This document shows, one piece after another, positions 17,088-24,891 of a stretch of 32,000 nucleotides of DNA (the first letter of the stretch is position 1; the number at the start of each line of letters is the position of its first letter). The DNA lies in NCBI RefSeq assembly GCF_001481685.1, contig NZ_CP006867.1, forward strand, positions 540,001 to 572,000, written 5' to 3'. The position numbers and the translations under genes are program-made. Origin of the DNA: Ignicoccus islandicus DSM 13165 (GTDB lineage Archaea; Thermoproteota; Thermoprotei_A; Sulfolobales; Ignicoccaceae). The notes below the pieces were generated by a model, which was not told the DNA's origin, did no database searches, and saw only the letters and a list, made by a program, of their open reading frames with translations.

Positions 17088-17339
17088 TTGAAAAAACAGA
17101 GAAGGAAATGCATGTTCTGTGGAAGATATTTCTTTGAAGGTCAAGGAATCGAAATAACGATTGGGGGAGAAAAATTCTATTTTCATAGTAAAAAATGTGC
17201 TTTGGAATTTTTGAAAAGATTGTTAGAGGTGCTTCCCCCAGAAGTCGTTCTACCAGCGGCACAAAACTTGAAAAGAGAGCTTGAGGAGGCAATTGAAATG
17301 AAGGAAAAGGCAAGCACTAAAAAATTTGGAGTTAAGTAA
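17088..17339 (+). CDS. L24e-like / TRASH zinc-ribbon protein, 83 aa
   Basis: KCMFCGRYFFEGQGIEITIGGEKFYFHSKKCALEF matches the C-x2-C...G-x-G...F-x-S-x-K-C pattern of ribosomal protein L24e/TRASH domains, here as C2HC. It lacks the L24e C-terminal RNPRK..WT block. TTG start. The two antisense track ORFs are low complexity. Confidence 0.65.
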   Translation: MKKQRRKCMFCGRYFFEGQGIEITIGGEKFYFHSKKCALEFLKRLLEVLPPEVVLPAAQNLKRELEEAIEMKEKASTKKFGVK

Positions 17340-17343
17340 CCGG

Positions 17344-17583
17344 TTATTCTTCGATAGGTTCTACGTGAATTATTTGAACTGGACAAGCTTGTGCCGCTTG
17401 CTCTACACAGTCCTTTAATTCCTCGGGAACGATACCTATTGCGGGATTTCCATCAACCCTGTATTGTTCAACTATTACTGACTTGTACTCTTCGTTCATT
17501 TCAAATACGTCTGGACACAAGTGAACGCAAACTGCGTCGGATATACACTTCTCTACCTCAATGGTTACTTTATACTTCACCAT
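17344..17583 (-). CDS. fdx: small single-cluster ferredoxin
   Basis: 79 aa. CISDAVCVHLCP near the N-terminus and a distal ACP, as in single [4Fe-4S]/[3Fe-4S] ferredoxins. GGTGA 6 nt upstream of the ATG. Confidence 0.82.
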   Translation of the reverse strand: MVKYKVTIEVEKCISDAVCVHLCPDVFEMNEEYKSVIVEQYRVDGNPAIGIVPEELKDCVEQAAQACPVQIIHVEPIEE

Positions 17584-17837
17584 ACCCGTTTCACCCTCGA
17601 TTTAGGCTATCTATACGTGGCCTTATTATGAGTTATGTTAGGATATTGCTGGCCGATGAGGATTGTGGCGGACAATGAGCGTTAATTGCAATGATTACTA
17701 GGAGCCCACTGAGGCAGTTCCTCGCAGTACGAGTAAATTATGAACTCGATGGTCTGTTGGAATCCAATCTTAACATTGTGAGATAATTTGCTTCATTGTC
17801 AATTGAAATCTTGATGCAGTTAACCACGTTGAGATAT

Positions 17838-17846
17838 ATAAAAAGA
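17838..17846 (-). terminator. oligo-T tract (T5 on minus strand) about 10 nt after the uS2 stop
   Basis: Minus strand reads CTTCTTTTTATAT immediately downstream of stop 17855-17857. Archaeal terminators are oligo-T runs. Confidence 0.35.
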
Positions 17847-17854
17847 AGACCGGA

Positions 17855-18493
17855 TTATATCATTTTTATCTTAGTTTCGAATTCGCTAATTGGTGCCGGT
17901 TCATCTAAAGACGCGTCCGGACTTAGTTGTTTCTTCTCAACAAGTATTTGACGCGTTAGCAACCAGTAGAGTAGTGCTAGGCTCTTCCTTCCTTTGTTGT
18001 TTCCGGGTATTATTAGATCGATGTTTTCAGTTTTACTGTCAGTATCACAGAATGCGACTACGGGGATTCCTACTTCGGATGCTTCAATTATTGCTTGTTG
18101 ATCGACTCTGGGGTCAGTTACTAAGATTACATCTGGCTCGTAGTAAACTTCTAATGCAGGGTTAGTTAAGGTCCCTGGTACGAATCTTCCAATTACAGGT
18201 TTGGCTCCGACGAATTTACTGAACATCAAGACGGGTTTGTGACCATATTGTCTCACGGATACAGCCATTATTTTTTCTGGCTCGAACCTCGATAGGAACT
18301 TTGCTGCAATCCTTATTCTCTCGTCTATTTTCCTAACATCTAATATTGCAAGTCCATCGATGTTCCTCCTCTTGAATACAAACTTATTCATATACTTCAT
18401 TACCATTTTAGTTCCTATATGGACTCCATGTTGGAGGTATAACTCCAACGGTATTAGTAACTCAACAACCGACTCCTTGGTTTCCGCGCTCAT
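17855..18493 (-). CDS. rps2: 30S ribosomal protein uS2
   Basis: Blocks [44 protein letters not shown] and [10 protein letters not shown]. Position at the end of the RpoN-containing operon. Confidence 0.96.
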   Translation of the reverse strand: MSAETKESVVELLIPLELYLQHGVHIGTKMVMKYMNKFVFKRRNIDGLAILDVRKIDERIRIAAKFLSRFEPEKIMAVSVRQYGHKPVLMFSKFVGAKPVIGRFVPGTLTNPALEVYYEPDVILVTDPRVDQQAIIEASEVGIPVVAFCDTDSKTENIDLIIPGNNKGRKSLALLYWLLTRQILVEKKQLSPDASLDEPAPISEFETKIKMI

Positions 18494-18497
18494 TGTG

Positions 18498-18704
18498 TTA
18501 CCACCTATAGACGTGCTTACTGAACTTAATTATATCCTTAGTCGTATCCACTGTTGCTAGTAGCGTGCGTCTACAGCAATACCTATCTATTTTGAGATCA
18601 TCTAGCACTTTTCCGGGATCTTCACCATTTCTTACTCTTCTTTGGAATTCATCATAATAATGTATTATCACACGCCCGCAAGTGTAACATCGGATGGGTA
18701 TCAA
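18498..18704 (-). CDS. rpoN: DNA-directed RNA polymerase subunit N (Rpo10)
   Basis: [13 protein letters not shown]...YCCRRTLL is the RpoN/Rpb10 zinc-bundle signature. TTG start. Confidence 0.94.
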   Translation of the reverse strand: MIPIRCYTCGRVIIHYYDEFQRRVRNGEDPGKVLDDLKIDRYCCRRTLLATVDTTKDIIKFSKHVYRW

Positions 18705-18710
18705 AAAGTA

Positions 18711-19160
18711 TCACCTGTAGCTCTTCTGTCTACGCCTTCTAGCCGAATACCTCATCCATTTCTCGGGCTCGGTTCTTCTTGGATCTCCCGAAAGCATGTA
18801 TCTATCATGTTCTTCATATAGGTTCTTTAATTCCTCGCTGTTAGTGTACTTAATGAGACCTCTTGCAATAGCCATACGCGCCGCTTCGGCTTGAGCCATG
18901 AAACCACCACCTTTGACCCATACTTTGATATTAACGTTATTCATAACCTTCTCTCCAGCTAGCATTAGGGGTTCGAGTACTCTCCATCTGCGTATTTCTG
19001 GTTTAAGTATTTCTACAGGAACTCCGTTGATCCAAACCTTACCATTACCGGGATATACTACTGCCCTAGCTATTGCTCTTTTTCTTTTCCCGGTAGCGAG
19101 TACTATTCTCACACCTTTCTTAGTAGTCTCCTCTTTAGCCCATCGGACGTCTACCATCAC
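18711..19160 (-). CDS. rps9: 30S ribosomal protein uS9
   Basis: GKRKRAIARA, VKGGGFMAQAEAARMAIARGL, C-terminal RRRRQKSYR. Confidence 0.96.
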   Translation of the reverse strand: MMVDVRWAKEETTKKGVRIVLATGKRKRAIARAVVYPGNGKVWINGVPVEILKPEIRRWRVLEPLMLAGEKVMNNVNIKVWVKGGGFMAQAEAARMAIARGLIKYTNSEELKNLYEEHDRYMLSGDPRRTEPEKWMRYSARRRRQKSYR

Positions 19161-19600
19161 ATCTCACCTCTCCATCCTAATCTCCTTGTAACCTCACCTA
19201 CTGTAATGAACTTCCTAGATAAACGGGAACTATCAGCATCGGGGAACTTGATTATTGGTGCATCTACGTTCAGTTGAGGTACACCAACGTAAACTCTAAG
19301 CCTACCTAATGCTTCTCTTCCCCTCTTCTTGTCTTTAGGCAACATTCCTTTCACTGCGTCTTTAACTAATGCACGCGGGTTTCTAGGTCTTTTTATTTTA
19401 TTACGGTAGGGGTTTCTATGGGTCTTAACGTTCAGCAATATCCTATAGCCTTCTATAACCCTCTTAGGCTCACCAGATAGAACCACTTTTTCAGCATTTA
19501 TTACATGAACTTCATATCCATCTAAGAGCATTTTAGCTACATGCGAAGCCATTCTACCCAATATTTGGTTCGAACCATCCACAATTACGACTCTCTTCAA
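19157..19600 (-). CDS. rpl13: 50S ribosomal protein uL13
   Basis: IVDGSNQILGRMAS.VAK.LL...V.VINAEK and MLPK...GREAL.RL.VY. 4-nt overlap with the downstream uS9 gene. Confidence 0.95.
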   Translation of the reverse strand: MKRVVIVDGSNQILGRMASHVAKMLLDGYEVHVINAEKVVLSGEPKRVIEGYRILLNVKTHRNPYRNKIKRPRNPRALVKDAVKGMLPKDKKRGREALGRLRVYVGVPQLNVDAPIIKFPDADSSRLSRKFITVGEVTRRLGWRGEM

Positions 19601-19618
19601 TTTACCTCCCTCCGAGCA

Positions 19619-19972
19619 TTAAGTAATAATCTTTATACCCTTTCCTTCTCTGTTTTCTTTAACTAATTCATAGATATGAATAGCTCTCCCCCCAGCCTGA
19701 GTTATCTTCTCTAAAGCTGTATACGAGAACGAGATTGCTGCGACTGTAACTTTCTTTTCCAGATCGCCAGCACCCAAGACCTTTCCAGGAACCACTATCA
19801 CGTCGCCTTCGTTTGCATACCTATTTATCTTACTAACATTCACTACAATTCTCTTTCGGCTCGGGCGTAGCAACAGCTCAGCTACCCTTTTCCAAGCGGG
19901 TGATTTGGTTTTCTTTAACTCATCAATTGTTTTCCTTAACACTATATTCGTGAACTTCCTCTTGTAACTCAT
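19619..19972 (-). CDS. rpl18e: 50S ribosomal protein eL18 (L18e)
   Basis: 117 aa, basic. VNVSKINRYANEGDVIVVPGKVLG pattern. Conserved position between RpoD and uL13. Confidence 0.9.
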   Translation of the reverse strand: MSYKRKFTNIVLRKTIDELKKTKSPAWKRVAELLLRPSRKRIVVNVSKINRYANEGDVIVVPGKVLGAGDLEKKVTVAAISFSYTALEKITQAGGRAIHIYELVKENREGKGIKIIT

Positions 19973-20832
19973 TTCGTAACACCCCCGATTTCCTCTAGGC
20001 GGGATTTTATTGAATTAAGTTTCTCTATTAGAGTATTGGCTGACGTAATTAAAGTTTTCTTTGGAGAGAGAGAACCATCTACTTCTAATTCAAAATAATA
20101 CTCATTGTTTTTAAATACGGGATTTATTGAACTGCCTTCACAAATGTACTCTATGCAGTACATAAGCATTGATAAAGATACATTATCCTTTAAGACTAAC
20201 CTACCGTTCTTAAACTCGAAAGCGTAGGGACACTTCTCTACACATTCCTTCTGGCATTTCTCATTACATAGCTTCTCATTGTACGTTATTCCTTCTAGGA
20301 TTGGTTTTACTATAGCTACTGTCGCTGGCATCCATTTCGCATGTTCTTTACCTCTCCCCAACCTCGCATAAGCGACTAACCGTATCGATTGATCTTTAAG
20401 TAGCGTAACGATAGGTATATTAGATAATACTGGTTTGACGTCTTCGTCCTCGCTCCTTAGATCGCCGCTGTAAACTATCTCATTATCCGTCTCTGCTTTG
20501 ATGTCTAGGATTAAACGTACGTAACACGGTTTATTATCAGTTGTATAACACTTATCAGCTTCAGCTTCTTCGGGAGTACATCGAGAGCATTCCTCTGGGC
20601 TTCCATATTTGAAAAGTGCTTCTTCAGAGGTAAGTGGTATTAATGCTAATCTGTGAGCTAGTATTTCATTTAACATCACGCTGTCGTTTCTGTCAATTCC
20701 GACGAAATCAACTGCCATCTTAGGTACTTCTTCCATGCTGGCCCTTCTAATACTATTTAAAACTTCCAGGGGGTATCCTGAAACCCTCATTTTAATAGAA
20801 TAAGGTGTTTCCTCCAGAATCTCAATGGGCAT
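19969..20832 (-). CDS. rpoD: DNA-directed RNA polymerase subunit D (Rpo3) with Fe-S-type cysteine-rich insertion
   Basis: 287 aa. N-terminal LNSIRRA...EVPKMAVD and HRLALIPL blocks. Cys clusters CSRC...C...C and CNEKCQKECVEKCP. Operon position after uS11. Confidence 0.93.
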   Translation of the reverse strand: MPIEILEETPYSIKMRVSGYPLEVLNSIRRASMEEVPKMAVDFVGIDRNDSVMLNEILAHRLALIPLTSEEALFKYGSPEECSRCTPEEAEADKCYTTDNKPCYVRLILDIKAETDNEIVYSGDLRSEDEDVKPVLSNIPIVTLLKDQSIRLVAYARLGRGKEHAKWMPATVAIVKPILEGITYNEKLCNEKCQKECVEKCPYAFEFKNGRLVLKDNVSLSMLMYCIEYICEGSSINPVFKNNEYYFELEVDGSLSPKKTLITSANTLIEKLNSIKSRLEEIGGVTK

Positions 20833-20838
20833 CTTACG

Positions 20839-21231
20839 TTAGACCCTCCTACCTCTCCTTCCTCCGGGTCTTCTGATACTGTCGTGAGGAAGCGGCGTTA
20901 CGTCTTCTATCCTTCCAACGATGAATCCAGATCTCGCTAAGGCTCTTATAGCAGCTTGTGCACCGGGACCTGGAGTCTTCGGACCGTACCCACCTGGCGC
21001 TCTCACTTTAATGTGTATAGCAGTAATTCCCCTATCCATAGCTTGTTGGGCTGCTCTCGCAGCTGCTAACATAGCTGCGTATGGCGAGGGTTTCTCTCTA
21101 TCCGCCTTAACAACCATACCACCGGTTATCCTAGAAGCTGTTTCAGCTCCAGTAATGTCGGTGATATGGACGAAAGTGTTATTTGGAGAGCTGAAGATGT
21201 GTGCAATGCCCCATCTTATTTCCCTTGGCAC
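20839..21231 (-). CDS. rps11: 30S ribosomal protein uS11
   Basis: [55 protein letters not shown]. Confidence 0.96.
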   Translation of the reverse strand: MPREIRWGIAHIFSSPNNTFVHITDITGAETASRITGGMVVKADREKPSPYAAMLAAARAAQQAMDRGITAIHIKVRAPGGYGPKTPGPGAQAAIRALARSGFIVGRIEDVTPLPHDSIRRPGGRRGRRV

Positions 21232-21253
21232 GTCCCATCAACCCCACTACGCG

Positions 21254-21751
21254 TTATTGGGTTTTATTCTTAAATGGACTGGTGGGGGCGTAATCGATTA
21301 GCTCTTCTTCGCTCCTCTTCACTATGTAACTTGGCGACGTGACTCTTCTACCGTTTATTGCTATGTGACCATGTACGATCAGTTGCCTTGCTTCTTGTAT
21401 GGTTCTTGCAAGACCCTTTCTATATACTAGAGTCTGGAGTCTTCTCTCAAGTAGATCTCTTGCAGTTAGAGAGAGGACGTCATCGAGAGCCGCATTCTCA
21501 TCTACGAGACCCATTTCATACAGCCTACCTAGTAATGCTTTTTCTTCTGCCTCCCTAACCTCCGGTGGCAATGCCAAGAGAGCTCTGGCTCTATGTCTTA
21601 TCTTTCTTAAGATTGTCGCTGCTTTCCATATTTCCCTCTTGTTTCTTAATCCATATTCACCCATTAGTTTCATTTCTTCTATTAATCTAGATTTAACCCA
21701 AGGATGGCTAGGTGGAGTCCACTTCTTCCTGGGTTTCTTAGGATCTCCCAT
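21254..21751 (-). CDS. rps4: 30S ribosomal protein uS4
   Basis: [51 protein letters not shown]. Confidence 0.96.
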   Translation of the reverse strand: MGDPKKPRKKWTPPSHPWVKSRLIEEMKLMGEYGLRNKREIWKAATILRKIRHRARALLALPPEVREAEEKALLGRLYEMGLVDENAALDDVLSLTARDLLERRLQTLVYRKGLARTIQEARQLIVHGHIAINGRRVTSPSYIVKRSEEELIDYAPTSPFKNKTQ

Positions 21752-21768
21752 GATGTTTCACCTCACAA

Positions 21769-22233
21769 TTATTTCTTCTTGGATACGCCTACTGTCATGC
21801 CGATTCTTCCAGTAGTAGCAGTTCTTTGTCCTCTTACCTTTAATCCTAACGCATGTCTTACGCCTCTCCAGCTCTTTATCTTCTTCTCTCTTTCGATGTC
21901 TTGTCTTGCGTAGAATATTAACTCGGCTCCAATTAGGTGCTTGTCTTCACCAGTGGTATAATCTTTCCTTCTATTGTAAAGCCATGAAGGGAAGCCCAGC
22001 TTAGTGATATCTTTTACTACTTCATCTAATTCCTTTATTTTATTGTCACTGAAGTATCCTAATCTCATAAGAGGGTCCAAGTTGAGTTTCCTAAGGATAG
22101 CTAAAGCGGTAGTGTAACCTATACCTTTTATTTTAGCCAAACCGTAAACAGCCGGTAATGAGCCGTCTATATCTGTGTCTCCAATTCGTACAATATACTT
22201 GAACTCTTCCGGCAGTTTTGGTTCACCCGTAAT
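21769..22233 (-). CDS. rps13: 30S ribosomal protein uS13; true start uncertain (no in-frame ATG/GTG/TTG upstream of the conserved N-terminus)
   Basis: The track ORF (TTG at 22140) begins inside the conserved motif. The frame stays open up to 22305 and encodes ...EPKLPEEFKYIVRIGDTDIDGSLPAVYGLAKIKGIGYTTA..., the canonical uS13 N-terminus. I provisionally place the 5' end at the ATT codon 22233, near the predicted transcription start. Confidence 0.85.
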   Translation of the reverse strand: MTGEPKLPEEFKYIVRIGDTDIDGSLPAVYGLAKIKGIGYTTALAILRKLNLDPLMRLGYFSDNKIKELDEVVKDITKLGFPSWLYNRRKDYTTGEDKHLIGAELIFYARQDIEREKKIKSWRGVRHALGLKVRGQRTATTGRIGMTVGVSKKK

Positions 22234-22382
22234 CCACCTTTTTTGGGTCTTCTTAAATACTACTACACGGGGATGAACTGAACCACCGATTCCGATTAGG
22301 TGAGGTTAGGGCTACCAAGAGGACCCTTTAGATAAGACAATGTTTGGACCCAACTATTCTGTCCCGACCTTTAGTACCAACT

Positions 22383-22472
22383 AACACTATAGAACTTGGA
22401 ACCACTAATGATGCAAATAATATAGTGTGTAATTTTGATTTTCTCTATTGGAAACACTCAATCGCAGTGTTT
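22383..22472. repeat. cluster of short repeats sharing the core ACACT/AGTGT (two inverted pairs plus a TTGGAAmCACT direct pair)
   Basis: Read directly: ACACTATA (22385-22392) with TATAGTGT (22421-22428). AAACACT (22452-22458) with AGTGTTT (22466-22472). TTGGAACCACTA (22396-22407) with TTGGAAACACTC (22448-22459). Confidence 0.45.
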
Positions 22473-22517
22473 TATTCGAAACATTTACTAAATTAATAAC
22501 TCTCTTCAGCTCCTTCT

Positions 22518-22592
22518 AGGATGGCGGCTGCCCGGTAAGAGGGGCTAATGGCCCTGCGATGAACCGGGGTCACTCTGTTTCCCCGGATAATA
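22518..22592. ncRNA. GC-rich structured island in an AT-rich spacer; candidate small structured RNA or RNA switch-like element, strand unresolved
   Basis: CCCGG (22531-35) pairs with CCGGG (22564-68), enclosing GGGGC-TAATG-GCCCT. Alternatively CCGGGG (22564-69) pairs with CCCCGG (22581-86). The internal loop carries GA (22539-40) opposite GCGATGAA (22556-63). Confidence 0.3.
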
Positions 22593-22612
22593 CACCTTAT
22601 ACAATAAGCTCC

Positions 22613-23203
22613 TCAGAGATAACCGCGTTTCTCCATTGATACAATCAATGCTCTGATCGCGAGGGCTCTATGTGAAATCTCGTTTTTCACTTGTTCTGGA
22701 AGCTCAGAGAATGTTTTACTATAACCTTGAGGTATGAAAATTGGATCGAAGCCAAATCCTCCAGAGCCACGGATCTCGTGTGCAATCGAACCCTTAACAA
22801 CTCCCTCTTCAACGAGTATGTTGTCGTCATTGCAAATGCACGCTGCGACGCACTTGAAGAAAGCATTGCGTTTTGGAACACCATCCATTAACTTCAAAAT
22901 TCCTTTAGGACCCAATGTTCTATAGACGTAATTAGAATACGGTCCAGGAAATCCATTCAATGCTTCAATAAACAAGCCACTATCTTCGACTATGATCGGC
23001 CTCTTGTCGTTAACAGCCATTAAAATTGATGCTGAATAAAGGACTATTTTCTTTAGATCGTCATCTTGTATCTCTACCTTTGCGTTAAAAGGTGCAATAT
23101 CTATCTCTATTTCATCTCCCAGAATTTTCCTTATAATGAATTTAATTTCATCTATTTTGTGTTTATTTGTTGATGCAACATACAGCTTCTTACGTCCCTT
23201 CAT
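22613..23203 (-). CDS. non-canonical purine NTP pyrophosphatase (HAM1/RdgB/ITPase family)
   Basis: Blocks ASTNKHKIDE, EDSGLFIEALNGFPGPYS, GFGFDPIFIP, ISHRALA. ATG at 23203 lies just after the Bud32 stop. The track's GTG at 23212 would overlap it by 7 nt. Confidence 0.9.
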   Translation of the reverse strand: MKGRKKLYVASTNKHKIDEIKFIIRKILGDEIEIDIAPFNAKVEIQDDDLKKIVLYSASILMAVNDKRPIIVEDSGLFIEALNGFPGPYSNYVYRTLGPKGILKLMDGVPKRNAFFKCVAACICNDDNILVEEGVVKGSIAHEIRGSGGFGFDPIFIPQGYSKTFSELPEQVKNEISHRALAIRALIVSMEKRGYL

Positions 23204-23205
23204 TT

Positions 23206-23826
23206 TTACCACACCGTTTTCCTTCTGCTTTTCACGTACCTACCCATACTCTCTATCTCCTCGACGAGTTCTTGAATTAACTTAGCATCGCCATACTTAG
23301 AATATCCTTCCCAAAACGCATCGATTAGCTTGCCCTCTACATCTTTATGGATAGACCTTAGCGACCTTATAATCAAATGCGCATCAACGGCTTTCTCACG
23401 AGGATCTCTCGTGTGACGAGATAAACTAAAATCTATAGCGTATATTTTGTCACCAGTAGTGTAAAGTATGTTTAATGTCGTGAAGTCCCAATGTGCAATG
23501 TCTAATAGATGGAGTCTGGCTAATAGTTCTCCTGCCATCCTGATAGACTCTTTGTTTAATCGTTCCGTTAACGGAATACCTTCGATGAATTCCATTACTA
23601 TTTTCCCTTGATCTATATTAAAGTCTAGAACAAGAGGGACGTTGAGACCATTCTCGTAAGCTTTAATCATATTGAGTACTTCGTTTCTAGTACGTTCTTC
23701 TATTATCCGTTGGTCAATAGTTGAATGTCGGTAACGTTTTCTTCTCCTTATTTTCATTACAGCTTTACACCCATGGTATCTAATCAAATATATATCTGCT
23801 TCAGAACCCCTAGCTAATAGAAACAT
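23206..23826 (-). CDS. bud32: Bud32-type atypical serine/threonine kinase (KEOPS subunit)
   Basis: 206 aa. GSEADIY glycine-loop equivalent, AVMKIR lysine, catalytic HWDFTTLNIL (HxDxTxxN) and IDFSLS (DFG equivalent). Confidence 0.88.
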   Translation of the reverse strand: MFLLARGSEADIYLIRYHGCKAVMKIRRRKRYRHSTIDQRIIEERTRNEVLNMIKAYENGLNVPLVLDFNIDQGKIVMEFIEGIPLTERLNKESIRMAGELLARLHLLDIAHWDFTTLNILYTTGDKIYAIDFSLSRHTRDPREKAVDAHLIIRSLRSIHKDVEGKLIDAFWEGYSKYGDAKLIQELVEEIESMGRYVKSRRKTVW

Positions 23827-23903
23827 ACCTCCATTATCCTCTCTAAGCTTTTCGAAACCAGATTTTTACTTTATTCAACCATACGTAACGGTGATAGGAG
23901 GAC

Positions 23904-24635
23904 TTGAAGAAGCCACCAAAGATACTTCCAAGCTTAGATATTTCTGAAGGTAAAGTGGTGAAGAGAGTAAAAGGTATTAGAGGAACTGGATTAGAATTGG
24001 GCAATCCTATTAAATGGCTAGAGTTTTGGTATAACGAAGGGGCCTTAGGGATTCACGTCGTTGATCTAGATGCAGCCGAAAAGGGCTATCCTGTAAATAA
24101 GGACGTGATTCTGAAATTAATAAGTAGAGCTAAGGAACTCGGTATGTGGATACAGGTAGCTGGAGGCATAAGATCGATAGACGTCGCACAATTATATTCC
24201 AAGGCCGATTCAATAGTAATAGGAAGCAAGGCTGTCAAGGATCCTAAGTTCTTAGAAGAAGTTTCGAAAGAGATAGGTTGTGAGAAAGTTATTGTTGCAA
24301 TAGATTCCAAAGGCGGAAGGGTTGCAATTGATGGTTGGACTAAAACCGAGCATTATACACCTTTAGAAATTATAGAGATGCTGCCGGAAAAAGCATATAC
24401 CGGTATTCTATACACGTACATAGATACTGAAGGAACGCTAAAAGGGCCCGACTTCGAGACTCCTAAGAAAATAAAGTCGTTAAGGCCCGGGAAGGTACTC
24501 GAGTACGCCGGGGGAATAGGAAGTAAGGGTCACGTACTTAAGCTACTAGAAACTGGGGTGGATTCCCTAATAATAGGGATGGCGTTATACTCAGCTAAGC
24601 TAAGTTTGAGGGAGCTGCTCGATGAAGTTATGTGA
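23904..24635 (+). CDS. hisA: ProFAR isomerase HisA (HisA/HisF TIM-barrel family)
   Basis: ILPSLDISEGKVVKRVKG at the N-terminus. Phosphate-binding GGIRS and GGIGS half-barrel repeats. TTG start with GGAGG upstream. Confidence 0.88.
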   Translation: MKKPPKILPSLDISEGKVVKRVKGIRGTGLELGNPIKWLEFWYNEGALGIHVVDLDAAEKGYPVNKDVILKLISRAKELGMWIQVAGGIRSIDVAQLYSKADSIVIGSKAVKDPKFLEEVSKEIGCEKVIVAIDSKGGRVAIDGWTKTEHYTPLEIIEMLPEKAYTGILYTYIDTEGTLKGPDFETPKKIKSLRPGKVLEYAGGIGSKGHVLKLLETGVDSLIIGMALYSAKLSLRELLDEVM

Positions 24636-24891
24636 TAAAAGAGTACTGGCATTGTATTTTCTATTACGTTCCAAATTCAATGAAGACGTGTTTAACATAG
24701 GTGAGGCATGGGAAGTGTCACGAAATTACTTTACGAAAAAAGTATTCATGAACCTCTTTAAGAGGCTAAAGAAATTGAACTTAATAGTTCAACTATCACC
24801 TATGGAATATAAAATCCAAGACCTCTGTTCGATTCTTGAAGAATCGAGTTTCAGATACCTCTCTCAGCGCTCCAAATCTTCCTCTTCATAG
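24622..24891 (+). CDS. hypothetical small basic protein, possibly winged-helix
   Basis: ORF track. Overlaps the hisA end by 14 nt (possible coupling) and the convergent ORF by 28 nt. Lys/Leu-rich. No motif I can name. Confidence 0.4.
   Translation: MKLCDKRVLALYFLLRSKFNEDVFNIGEAWEVSRNYFTKKVFMNLFKRLKKLNLIVQLSPMEYKIQDLCSILEESSFRYLSQRSKSSSS

Noticed and set aside
16951-17386. Minus-strand ORFs 16951-17313 (120 aa) and 17183-17386 (67 aa)
   Set aside because: They overlap the plus-strand 83-aa ORF, which carries a recognisable L24e/TRASH zinc-ribbon motif and a sensible promoter. The minus-strand products are low complexity and would overlap the helicase start and the ferredoxin end.
22330-22500. 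Replication origin (AT-rich spacer with repeated TGGAAAC-containing elements resembling part of the crenarchaeal ORB core)
   Set aside because: Only a partial match to the ORB core as I recall it. There are no G-string elements, no orc1/cdc6 or whiP gene nearby, and the repeats are short. Kept only as a repeat-cluster observation.
22518-22592. tRNA, split-tRNA or SRP/RNase P fragment in the GC-rich island
   Set aside because: No acceptor-stem complementarity, no TTCRA T-loop and no D-arm on either strand. It is too short, and the flanks are too AT-rich, for SRP or RNase P RNA.
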